Shown here piece after piece: positions 9,602-20,100 of a stretch of DNA of 64,000 nucleotides. Numbering within the stretch: the stretch's first letter is position 1; every line of letters starts with the position of its first letter. This stretch comes from Escherichia coli. GTDB lineage: Bacteria; Pseudomonadota; Gammaproteobacteria; Enterobacterales; Enterobacteriaceae. A program made the translations under genes and the position numbers. The notes beneath the pieces are model-generated. The model worked only from the letters and a program-made list of their open reading frames with translations, did no database searches and had not been told where the DNA came from. The stretch lies in the NCBI GenBank assembly GCA_032372955.1, contig GCA_032372955.1_4725.1. One strand, 5' to 3'.

Positions 9602-9632
9602 TATTGAAAAAAATAACAGGACTATATTACCT
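9602..9632 (+). promoter_or_regulatory. candidate phage promoter, copy 1 of conserved 31-bp motif
   Basis: TATTGAAAAAAATAACAGGACTATATTACCT, 90 nt upstream of ATG 9722; near-identical copies at 33274 and 62233. Confidence 0.5.
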
Positions 9633-9721
9633 TCATGATGACAGTCATGAAGGCGACGTATAACGTTACCTTCTTGTGATGGCTTCATTGATGCCTGCAA
9701 GAATGATACATAGGTGATGCC

Positions 9722-10237
9722 ATGTTACATCGCTTTTTCTTGAGGCGTGCGTTCCAACGTTATAAAAGGAAGACGTTTCAAGATGATAGGCAACGGTTAA
9801 ACGAACTCTTGTTGCTTTACAAAACAACGTCCTGGGTTCACAACATCTACGATATACGCGTTGCACGTAAAACGTATTTACCGTTGTGGTATATGGACGC
9901 TGAGTCGTTGATGCTTGACCTTCGCCGTTGGCATCAAGCGTTCGATAACGAAGGCAACATAAACATAATCGCATTAGAGGAGAGAACATATGCAATACTA
10001 GCACCACAAATCACATTCAATCGTTGGCTTGCTGATGCCGATGGTCGTGTTATCCAGTTCGACGTTCTCATGCGTGACGTTATCGAGTATGGACGCATAC
10101 TTGCGACGTGGTTAGACGCGCTGGCGGAACGTGACGATTTGGATGCGGCTTATGGATTACGCAAAACAAGGAAACTAGCGAGAGACTGTTGCGAACTCCT
10201 AACCTTCGCACTCAGTCAGTACACTGGTGTATTATGA
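9722..10237 (+). CDS. hypothetical protein
   Basis: ATG with AGGTGA SD; 171 aa; downstream of promoter motif copy 1. Confidence 0.65.
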   Translation: MLHRFFLRRAFQRYKRKTFQDDRQRLNELLLLYKTTSWVHNIYDIRVARKTYLPLWYMDAESLMLDLRRWHQAFDNEGNINIIALEERTYAILAPQITFNRWLADADGRVIQFDVLMRDVIEYGRILATWLDALAERDDLDAAYGLRKTRKLARDCCELLTFALSQYTGVL

Positions 10238-10746
10238 CAAATAAATATAATGAAGTCTCTTTTCGCGCGCGCATTAATCCGCTTAAGCGTCGTGACGAAA
10301 GCGATGATGAAAATCCTCAAAGCAATCGAGGACGAGCGACTAACTACAATCACGGTAACAATTTCTGGACGCCTACGGGTAGACAGGATTTCCTTACGGA
10401 GTTCCTGTTGCAGATTTATACGGAGAGAGGGATCGGCGCAAATCAGCTCAATTCGTATATTACCCGACACATGCGTGATGTGAAGAAACGACATCCTGAT
10501 AAAACGAATAAAGACATTTCCAGTATTCGGGGAAACGTCATTAAGGAGTTGAATCGGGGATCGATGCCGTTCCGTAACTTCATGAATAAACTACGCTTAA
10601 TCCGTGCAAGGGAAGTCACGTTTACGATTTCCATCACAGATAGCGTAGGTTATACAACCACGCATACGAAACGGTATTTTGACGCAACTATTCCTGTTGA
10701 CGATCCAGATGCTGAATCATTAGGTTCAGAAAACGAAGAAGTTTAA
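10234..10746 (+). CDS. hypothetical protein
   Basis: ATG 10234 in ATGA overlap with upstream stop; ORF-track start 10189 overlaps the previous gene. Confidence 0.6.
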   Translation: MTNKYNEVSFRARINPLKRRDESDDENPQSNRGRATNYNHGNNFWTPTGRQDFLTEFLLQIYTERGIGANQLNSYITRHMRDVKKRHPDKTNKDISSIRGNVIKELNRGSMPFRNFMNKLRLIRAREVTFTISITDSVGYTTTHTKRYFDATIPVDDPDAESLGSENEEV

Positions 10747-10762
10747 CATCGATGTTGATCTT

Positions 10763-10817
10763 AGCCTACCCACCATTGTGTGGGTAGGCTTTATGCCGTA
10801 TTTCTTTTTTCTTTTTC
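10763..10817 (+). terminator. rho-independent terminator
   Basis: 11-bp stem agcctacccac/gtgggtaggct, loop cattgt, then T-rich tract ttatgccgtatttcttttttctttttc. Confidence 0.65.
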
Positions 10818-10828
10818 AGGAGGACGTG

Positions 10829-11896
10829 ATGAGTCTTTACGACAAACTGCCGAGTATAGATACGTCCAAGATCAAAACCATCACCAGCGATTTTTCGACA
10901 GGGCGTGATACGCTCCTTAAAGCGGTTAGCGGTACTGCTGTTTCAGCGGCGGATGCGTTAACCAGTTTTCGTAGCAGTATTACGAACAGTATCAATAGTA
11001 CATTATCGGCGTTAACAGGAAACCTGATTTCCATAAGCGATCTTAATTCTTTCATCGATATCAGCGGAGGCAAAATCTCCCTGAATGAAAACGCGTTGAT
11101 GAATAAGATCAAAGATGTTACTGGCCTGAATATATCGTCAACCGATAACATCCTATCGCAAGTAAAAGACCAGATTTACAGCACCATTAACCAGCAATCC
11201 AATGGTGCGTTAGGGAAGCTTATCGATAAAGATGGAAATGTTAAGCTTCTCGATAGTCTGATGTCTGGCGATGAGTATTATAAACTGTCGACGATTGTTG
11301 ATCGGTATCTCGAGGATCAAGGGAAAACGCGAACCGAATTCAGCTACAACGACTATAAGACGAACCGGACGGTTGTCACATCGTTGATTCGTCAAGCCGC
11401 ATTAGCGGGCAACTATATCGACGTACGTAGTCTGTATGACTCTGGGTCAGCGGAGGATAAAGTGGCGATGGCAACCACTTTAGCGGAATCGTTAAGCAGC
11501 GTTGGCCTTAACGGCGATTTCCGTACAGCTGCCGTTATCACCGAACTCATTACGGCTGAACGTGCCCGTAGCGTTGTCCCTGAACTTATTACGTTACTAT
11601 TTCGTAACTACCGTATCCCATCGTACCTTACCCTTAAAGAATACGACGCTGAAGCCTCGCGTTTAATTGATTTTGCCGACGCGTTTAAACCCGGATGGGG
11701 TAAAACGAACTATCACGGTAAGGATGCAGAACTCCTCACGATGTGGATGGAAACATCCAGTGGGTTTTATTCCCTTTTCTCCCGCAGTAGGAAATACGCA
11801 TCTCTTGCTGTGATGGGTAAGAATTATACAACTACCATCACGATGGCAGGCTTGAAGAAACTTTATCCTGATTTACCGACGGTGACGTTAGGTTAA
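10829..11896 (+). CDS. hypothetical protein
   Basis: ATG 10829 with AGGAGG SD; ORF-track start 10778 lies inside the terminator T-tract. Confidence 0.7.
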   Translation: MSLYDKLPSIDTSKIKTITSDFSTGRDTLLKAVSGTAVSAADALTSFRSSITNSINSTLSALTGNLISISDLNSFIDISGGKISLNENALMNKIKDVTGLNISSTDNILSQVKDQIYSTINQQSNGALGKLIDKDGNVKLLDSLMSGDEYYKLSTIVDRYLEDQGKTRTEFSYNDYKTNRTVVTSLIRQAALAGNYIDVRSLYDSGSAEDKVAMATTLAESLSSVGLNGDFRTAAVITELITAERARSVVPELITLLFRNYRIPSYLTLKEYDAEASRLIDFADAFKPGWGKTNYHGKDAELLTMWMETSSGFYSLFSRSRKYASLAVMGKNYTTTITMAGLKKLYPDLPTVTLG

Positions 11897-11902
11897 CATA
11901 AT

Positions 11903-11934
11903 CCCTCTCCCAACCCGTAAGGGAAGGGAGAGGG
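11903..11934. terminator. nested GC-rich hairpin at a convergent gene junction
   Basis: ccctctccc-aa-ccc-gtaa-ggg-aa-gggagaggg; 9-bp outer stem, 3-bp inner stem, GNRA-type loop. Confidence 0.6.
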
Positions 11935-11951
11935 GGTTTATGCAGTGAATA

Positions 11952-14093
11952 TCAGAACGGTCGTTCTGTGCGTTTCCATAACAGCCCTGATGCTATCCTG
12001 CCAGGCATGGTGTCAGACAACCAGCTAGCAAAATTACCTTTGCTCCAGAAACTATCGATATCAGCCATGGTTTTATGCATGCGACGACTTAAATCAGGAA
12101 TCATGTAAACTTGTTCCGTAAGTGTCAATGCCGATAATACAGCAAGATAGTTGTTGAGCGGAGTATCGTCAGCAAGAAGATCGCTTAAGAAGCCACGAGG
12201 ATCCAATTTTGCGATCGATGCGGCCGTCGTTGTGATCGGCATTGCGACGATGGACGACAGGTCATAAACACTGAAGCTGACGTCGATACCCAACGGTAAT
12301 CGCTCGCGTGTTGATGGCACGTTCCCAACATGACGCGTCACAGTGATGTTATCGATAAGACCCATTTTAATCTGGACTTTACCGGGAATATAACACTCAC
12401 ACATGAATGGCATCCCGTAGGACGATTTACCGGTAGCCTGAGGCAAACCACCTGCGAGGATCGCTAAAAGAGGTACCATGAGGTTCGTAAAGATCGACCA
12501 GCGGTCCCCACTCCAGGAACGCAATTCCATCGTCAGATCGGCACGCGGTAGACTTACTGACGACCCAGAATAGAATTTCGGAATGTCTGCGAAGCCGGAA
12601 CCCATGAAGGCACCAAAAATACCATCCAGACCCATTCCGGAAATAGCACCATTAACGAGATCGGAACCGGCTTTGATGGCTTCGTCCAGTACAGCCCAAC
12701 CTGTATTACCACCGGAGAGGGTGAAACGACGTTCGATGTTCGCTTGCGCGCGGCTGTTCATCGTCTGTGCGATAGAACTTTCTGAAGCACTGTTTGAAAA
12801 CGTTTCGGTTACACTGGTGACAGAATCGACTCGAAAACTGATAAACTGAGCACCGTCAGCCAATTCAGCATCCATCAGATCAAGAAACGTAGCTTCTTCG
12901 GCCGCGTTCGTTTGACCGATTCCTTTGCTCTGTACGTTCGCGCCTCCAGCCGTGGATGCCGCTGTTGAAGCTTGTGTTGTCCCCGACGTTGAATTACCGA
13001 CATTGGCTGTTGTACCCTGACTCTGTGTTGACGTACCGCCGTCGGAGGTAGCCGCTGAGACATTGAAGTTGGCATCGGCATCTTTATTGGTGTACGAGGC
13101 CCTTCCGAATAAAAGGTCGTCCATCGTTTGTTTATTATCACCAGCTGTCGCACTGTAAACAGCAGACTTCTGTGTGTCGGCGAGATACTGCGTTAGCGTA
13201 CGACCGGTTACATCCGATGGAAACGCTCCGCTATCAAGTCGTTTATCAAGATCGTTCCAGAACTCCTCGTAAGACGAGTAATCGTTTTCCATCATGGATT
13301 GAATACGGCGTACCCATGCGTTTTGTATACGCTGACGACGTGTTGCAATCTGGTAGATATCGATCCCACCACCTTTCTTATAAATCCCCGGTAGCGTCTT
13401 AGAGGCGTAGTTGATGAATTCTTCAACGTTCTGACCACCGATTGAATATTGGTGGAGTACGGTACCCCCTTCTTCCACGTATCCTTTATCTTTACCAGCA
13501 CCGGCGATAAGACCCATGTTTATCGCTGTTTGGTTTACCAGCGTCTGGAAAGACGCCCAATACACGTGCATGGTTGGTACTTGATAGTAATATTGACTGG
13601 TAGGCTTACCCAGGAAATATCGACCAATACGTCCAACCATATACAAGTAAGGTAGAGGTGTGAGGTAAGAAAGAACGGTGGTATACGCTTTGGCTGCGTA
13701 ATAAAGAATACCGGGATCGCGACCGGTTTTAACCGTTACGGCGACATCGGCGTCGTAGAAATCGGTAAAGAAGATACTTGCGCCTGTAAAGCGAGGTTTA
13801 CCGAATCGTAAGGTAACGACTTCTTTAAAGCTGTTGATGCTTTCACTATAGCCTCGGCCCATGCCCGTTGATCCCGGCATAACCGCACGTCGCCGTTCTT
13901 TGATGTCGGCAAATTTCGTATATTGCGGTGGTGGGTTAAGCACCCAGTTCCCACCTAAGGTGGTATCATCGACGTTATCGTAGGAATACGGTGTATGTCT
14001 CGCTTTAATCATGTCGGCACTCAGCGTGCTGCTATCGCCTGGTAATAAAAACGCTTGTTTGGTAATTAGGGCGTTTTGAACAAGAATACCCAT
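11952..14093 (-). CDS. hypothetical protein, 713 aa, with central Ser/Thr/Gly-rich linker (possible virion protein)
   Basis: ATG with GAGGA SD (minus); immediately downstream of the giant lysozyme-domain gene on the same strand. Confidence 0.75.
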   Translation of the reverse strand: MGILVQNALITKQAFLLPGDSSTLSADMIKARHTPYSYDNVDDTTLGGNWVLNPPPQYTKFADIKERRRAVMPGSTGMGRGYSESINSFKEVVTLRFGKPRFTGASIFFTDFYDADVAVTVKTGRDPGILYYAAKAYTTVLSYLTPLPYLYMVGRIGRYFLGKPTSQYYYQVPTMHVYWASFQTLVNQTAINMGLIAGAGKDKGYVEEGGTVLHQYSIGGQNVEEFINYASKTLPGIYKKGGGIDIYQIATRRQRIQNAWVRRIQSMMENDYSSYEEFWNDLDKRLDSGAFPSDVTGRTLTQYLADTQKSAVYSATAGDNKQTMDDLLFGRASYTNKDADANFNVSAATSDGGTSTQSQGTTANVGNSTSGTTQASTAASTAGGANVQSKGIGQTNAAEEATFLDLMDAELADGAQFISFRVDSVTSVTETFSNSASESSIAQTMNSRAQANIERRFTLSGGNTGWAVLDEAIKAGSDLVNGAISGMGLDGIFGAFMGSGFADIPKFYSGSSVSLPRADLTMELRSWSGDRWSIFTNLMVPLLAILAGGLPQATGKSSYGMPFMCECYIPGKVQIKMGLIDNITVTRHVGNVPSTRERLPLGIDVSFSVYDLSSIVAMPITTTAASIAKLDPRGFLSDLLADDTPLNNYLAVLSALTLTEQVYMIPDLSRRMHKTMADIDSFWSKGNFASWLSDTMPGRIASGLLWKRTERPF

Positions 14094-14110
14094 GTAACAT
14101 TCCTCAAGAA

Positions 14111-14133
14111 GAGGGCGGGAATCTCCCGCCCTT
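14111..14133 (-). promoter_or_regulatory. intercistronic hairpin between giant gene and downstream gene
   Basis: gagggcggga-atc-tcccgccctt, 9 to 10 bp stem, 3-nt loop; sits between stop at 14143 and next RBS. Confidence 0.35.
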
Positions 14134-14142
14134 AACTAATGA

Positions 14143-17100
14143 CTACTGTGCGTACCTTGTCCGTGTTGGAGAGATTCCTTGCGGACGATTAGGTAGTGAC
14201 ATCGTCTGTTGTTGAGAAGGACCTGCAGAACCCTTACCGATAGAAGAACCCTTAACGGCTTGGATTAATTCCGAAATAAGTTCATTCGTTCTACCGGTGT
14301 TCTTTTCGATGTTCTGCTGTGTGGTCAGCTGCTGTCGGAGAATTTCACCTGCGCTACCGTAGAAGTTCTCACTTGCAACCGATGTTTGTGTCGCAGACTG
14401 CGCAACCTGTGCAGGCGTATTCGGAACCGATATCCCTCGATTTGCACCCGGGTTTGACGGCAAATCGCTAGGTGCTGGAGTTGATGTCGGTTGTCCTGCC
14501 GCGGCTTTTGCTGTTTCGAAACTTCCGGGCGTTGGTGATGCTTCTCCAGGTGCTGGGGCCGTCCCGGCAGCCGCAGACGGTTTAGATTCAGGGATAGTAG
14601 AAGATACCGGGGCTTGCGGATCGTTGCTTACAGCAGGTGTTCCGTTTGCCTCTTGTGCTGCTTCGTTCTTCACCTGTTCGGCGGTGGTCGGTCCTTCAGC
14701 TTGATCGTCTGATGTTGATCCCGATAACTCGTCCATCATTTTCTTCAGGGTGCCATTCTTAGCCGCCTGAATCCAATAAGCAGAACGTTGTTCAACATCA
14801 CGTAATCCGTTAAAACCACCGTTAACCAGATAACGAACTTGGCGCACATCACCCCGTTTTGCGGGATCGCGTAACACGTTACCTCGGTTGAGCCACCATG
14901 CAACACTACCTTCCGCCGCACCTTCCGGCGTTTCCAGGTATGTCGGATCGCTGACAAGATCCTTGTTCAAGGTCTTGGACAGACGAGCGTAGTTAGCTTT
15001 ACCGGTAACCTGAATGAAGCCACGTCCTAAATACTTCGCCCCGTCTCCTTTCTGTGTGTTTCCTAGATCTTTACGATTACCATACACACGTTCGAATACC
15101 GCTTCCGGCCCCATGCTGATCGTCTGTGCGGCATCCTGCACATCACGGAATTTGTAAGGGAAGACCTGTTTAAGACGCTCTGGTGTCTTATAGTTCCCCT
15201 CACGTACGTGAGTGTAGTTCCCCGATTCATGTTCGATGTTCGCAAGGAACATCGCCATTTCCATTGGATCGGTAATGCCGCGTTTTACAGCGGATTTAAC
15301 AAGCGCACGACGTCCAGCTTCAGGACCTGGTCCCATTGCAGGTTTCTGTAAGCCCATGTTAGGCAATCCAGTAAGATCGCCGGTTGACCCTAATCCCGCA
15401 TTGGAAGTAGCCGAAGCAGTAAAGCTGCTTGCACCTACCCTATTCCCATTGGGGTTGTAATTCGCTTCGGCGTTACTCATCCCACCGGTAATGCGTGATT
15501 TCTTCTGCCAGACACCGTCTTTCTTCTCGTACCCAGCCTGCTTCATCATCAGCTCTTGGATCTTCGATAATTTATCGGTATCCTCTTGCGATGCTTCCGC
15601 GTTCTTCTCACGAACCTTCTCTTTATCCGCATATTCTTTTAACAGATCGAGCTGGCTCTTTGTTGAACTGCTGGTGGTGTTAGCTTCAGTACCGGAGAAA
15701 CCACAACTATTCCAGGACCATACAGGCTGCAGTGTACCTTTCTCATCACGGTATTGCGTTGCGACAAGTGCTTCACCGATTTCCCAACGTTGGCTGTCTT
15801 TCAGGTTCTGTACCACGTCGGACAGAAGTCCTTGACCGCCCATGTCGCTAACGTGTTGGTAATAGGTTAAAAAGACGGGCAGGAAACGGTTATTCATCCA
15901 AGCAAACCAGATATCCTGATCCCGCTTGCTGTTAACGTCCCGTCCGAACTTCGTCGCGAATTTCTTGTAGAGCGCGACAAGATCGCCACCGTATTTAACA
16001 CCTTTACCTTCAGCGACAACGCCAGGTTCTACAGCGTCTTCGAGTTCCATCAGCACTTTTATCTGACTTAGCAACGGAACCTTAATACCGTACGCACGAA
16101 CACGGAGACTGGTGAGTTCATCGATGTATCCACCGGCAACCCATTTTCTACCACGACGGTCTACGCTTTCAATAACCGCGGTCGCGTCAAGCTTCTGTCG
16201 TCCTTTAGCGCCAGCGCTGTTGTAACGTTTATCGTTAAAACGTAACGACGCTTTCTGACCGCGTAATGCGTTAGGCGCAACGGATTTACGTTGTGTGTCA
16301 GACATCCGTGACCAATCAGCAATAGCCTCATCATGAGAGTATTGCTTAATCTGATTCTGGTACTCTTTCTTGATGGCTTCGAGTTGTTTCAGCATCAAGG
16401 TTTTGACGTCTTGACCAGCAATATAACGCGTCGCACCAGAAGAACCCAACGGGTTAGCTTCGACGTAATACGGACCATCAGGACTATCGGAAGGCCAGAT
16501 AAACGCTTCCGACCATTTCACTTTGTTCTCACCGTTCGGATATTTATCCATTTCCATGTATTTCTTCTCGTCCGGCATATGCTCTTTCCAGAGTTTGTAC
16601 GCACGAGCGAAAACAGGAATAAAACGATGCAGATACCAGCGTTTCCATTCGTTCATTCGGTCGGAATCTTCCAGGGACAATTCCCAGATTTCGAGAATCT
16701 TTTCAGAATCCGCTTTCGGATCGAATCCGATGGTATCCCCGGTCATGACCACATGGTCGGTGAGGTATGTTTCTGTCGCAAGCAGCTTCTTATTGAAGTC
16801 TTTATCGTCCCCTTTTGCACCGTATGCAATAAGACGGAGCTTCTGCATCGGGTCAGGCTTCTCAGCGAAATGCTGATAGATCTTCCATCCAGCATAAGCA
16901 GCCAACGCACCACCTGCAATAGCAAGCCCAACAGGTGAGATAAGGAATGCACCTAATCCCGATAACCCACCAACAGCGTTCAATGCGGCCCCGCCCGCCA
17001 TTAACGCACCACGTCCTAACCATCCTGCTGCACTTAGTCCTCCCTTGACTAGCGCGCCGGTTCCACTAATGAGACCCTTGCCTAACAACCCGGTTAACGA

Positions 17101-20100
17101 TGCACCGCCGCTTAACACCGCCCCAAGACCGCCTAGAATTTTTCCAAGCGGACTCGCCATGAGTCGTTTACCTAATGCGGTATCGCCGAGCATATCGAAA
17201 AGGCTTCCGAGTAATCCCCGTTTCTTCTCCTTTTCTTCTCCTTTATTGGAATCTTTGCCGGTGTCGTCCTTACCGTTTTCCTTGGCTGCACGCTTACGTT
17301 TCAGGTCTTCCAACGATCCTTCTCGAACACCATCGCCATTCCAATCGCGGTAATCCTTATCGCCACCCGGCATACGCTGGTCAAGAAGCTGGTAAATAGC
17401 ATCGAGGCGATCTACCATGCTCGACGTTGTTCCCACCAGTAATGCGTCAGGTGATTGGAAATTTAATCCCATCCGTCGTAGACCGTTAACGGTTTTACCT
17501 GGAAGGGCTTTAAGGATGTCCTTTGTCTTACGTAGCAGCGTTAACGGTAACGTAAAAGCTTTTACGCCGAAGTTGATGAGCTTTTCTTTTAAACGACGAA
17601 TCGCTTTACCGTATTTATCGACAAGTCCTTTCTGCATGTCGGCAAGCGTAAGTACGACGTTACCTTGTGCATCAACAACATCACCATCGATGTCTTCAAG
17701 ATTTTTGATGACTTGTCCATCAGAGCGACGGAAATACCCGCCAGCTGCTAACACCATGGACAACAGACGAGGCGTTGATTCTCCCTTGACGTAAACGTCG
17801 GGTGTTTTGTCAAGCTGTTTGTAGATCTCGACCGCACCGCGTTTTAACATCCGTGGCAGACTTAATACCGTCGTGATTCCATTAAGACCTTCACGTGCCC
17901 ACGCCTTAAGTCCTGAATTCTCAAAGGCACGACCAGCGCGAGTGACCAACCCTTTCTCGATATCCTCGTTGCTGATTACGATGTTTCCATCCGCATCAAC
18001 GAGTGGGCCTTTGATATCCTTCATCCGTTTTACGGCTTTTCCTGTCGCTTCGTCGAAGTATAACCCCTGACGAAGTTTGGCAGCCAGTATGCGTGGTTGG
18101 GATTCCCCTTTAACGTAAATGTCAAACGGAACCTGATCAACCTTGGATAATGCGCCGAACACAAAACGGTTGAAATTGATAATGCGTCGGCCGGAATTTA
18201 CCAAACTACCCAACGTGCGTTCTGCACCCCAGCGTGCGCCTTTAACACCCAAACGTGCGGTATTTTTAATTCCTTTCCAGAGGAGATTACGGCCACCTTT
18301 AAAGAGGTTGCGTGCACCGAGTTTTTGTTTGGCACGATCGATAAATGAAATGGGTGCTGTACCTTCAGGTACATCTTCACCATCCAGTGAAACGTTATTA
18401 GACCAGTCTTTCTCAGAAATGGCTTTCAGCAACGCAAGCATTTCAGTACGTTGTTCGGATGCTTCAGATAACGCTTCGAGATAAAGCTCTTGCCACGCTC
18501 GATTCTGTTCTTCAAGCGATGTGGTGATAACACCCGTGTCGTTCCACCATTTATCATAGCCGATGTTTTCATCAACGGTTACTGTTCCAACAGCCTTGCG
18601 ATCGATGTTCGGCAGACCCGCATTTTGGACGTCATCAACTGATGGTTTTGCGTCACGATAACCTAGCGCCAGCGCTCTTGTTTCCTGAGCGGTTAATCGC
18701 GTATTAACATCACTACGTTCAGCGTACTCCGGTCGGTCGATGTATCGATCGATTTCAGAGAAATACCGATCGTGATTAACCGAGTAGCTTCCGTCGCTAT
18801 TTCTCGTTACGATACCGATACGTTCCAGATATTGGACGTCACCAGTACGTTTCAGTAGGTTAAGGTTACGCTGGATATCCGGTTGTAACGATTTCAGATT
18901 TCCGTAGCGAAGATCCGCTCGGTTACGTTCCGTGTAATATTGCCCGCGGTTTCCAATGACCTGATGACGTTCGCCCTTATCGTTGACATCATCACGAATA
19001 CCGTAACGGTCACGAAAGTACGTGGAAAGTTCCTTAATAGCGTCGCGGTCAATACTACGATCGAAGTTGCTTTCATCCGTAAAACGAGCCGGGTCGAATG
19101 CGATGTTTGCGTCGCTATCTCGTGCCAGCTGCTTAGCCAGTGCCTTCCTGGCTTTTTCCGATAATTGTTTATCGGGATCGACGACCGAGATAACCTCATT
19201 GAAACGGCTGGCGTAATAACCAAATGAACGTTTGTTAAACAGGGTGTCGTTGACGCTTTGTTCGCGCGTGCGCTGAGCCACGAATTGCCCGCTGATGCCG
19301 TCATAGACCTCGTAGTCGGGATCGCTGTTTCCCGTGCGGATGCCTTCACTGCTTTTCAGAATGCGAGCAAGAAAACCAGGAATAACTTCATTGATGCTGC
19401 GGTAAGTTAAACCGTCGAAAGACGTCTGCTCCGCCAATGTTTCAGCGGTGTCGTTCATCACACGGAAGTTACGTCCGCTGTCCATGTTGAACGCCCAACG
19501 CCCTGCGCCGCGTAACAATTGCTTGTAAAACGGATCGTTAAGATTGAATTCGTTTTTACGAATATCTTCCTGGAGCAGTTTACCGAGATTACGCGTCGTG
19601 TAAGCGGCAGCCTCACCACCTTGATCCACGGCTTTTAACGCGCTAGCGAATTTAGCGTTGGGGTGACGTTTTGCTAAATCGCGTAACGCCATCCTGCCTT
19701 TATTAGCCATCCATGGTGCGACAGTTGAGCCAATGAACTGACCCAACATCTTTCCTTGCATTTCCTTAATATCGCCTTCTGACCCCATCCCATCCATCAT
19801 GGACATCGAGTCACGTGCTTCGTTTAAACCGTATAACGCATCGTTTGCGCCAGACACGACGCCTTTTAAAGCACCTAATGCGTTGGTGGCAAGGTTCTTC
19901 TTAACATCGGCAAAGAAACGGTTCTCGAAAGAACTCATCGCATCTAACGCGTTACCAAAGAAACGTTGGTACGCGCTACGGCGGAATTCTTCCGACATTT
20001 TTGCTTTAGCTGCATCAGGTAAAGCCGTATTCTTCTGGATGTTTTGTAATAAACCGATATAGACTTCGGCTAACTTTTTATGCTGATCAAAACTTGCACG

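Noticed and set aside
15491-18484. Several 60 to 125 aa plus-strand ORFs
   Set aside because: All antisense inside the 6.7-kb giant gene; Ser/Pro/Arg-rich mirror-frame products.
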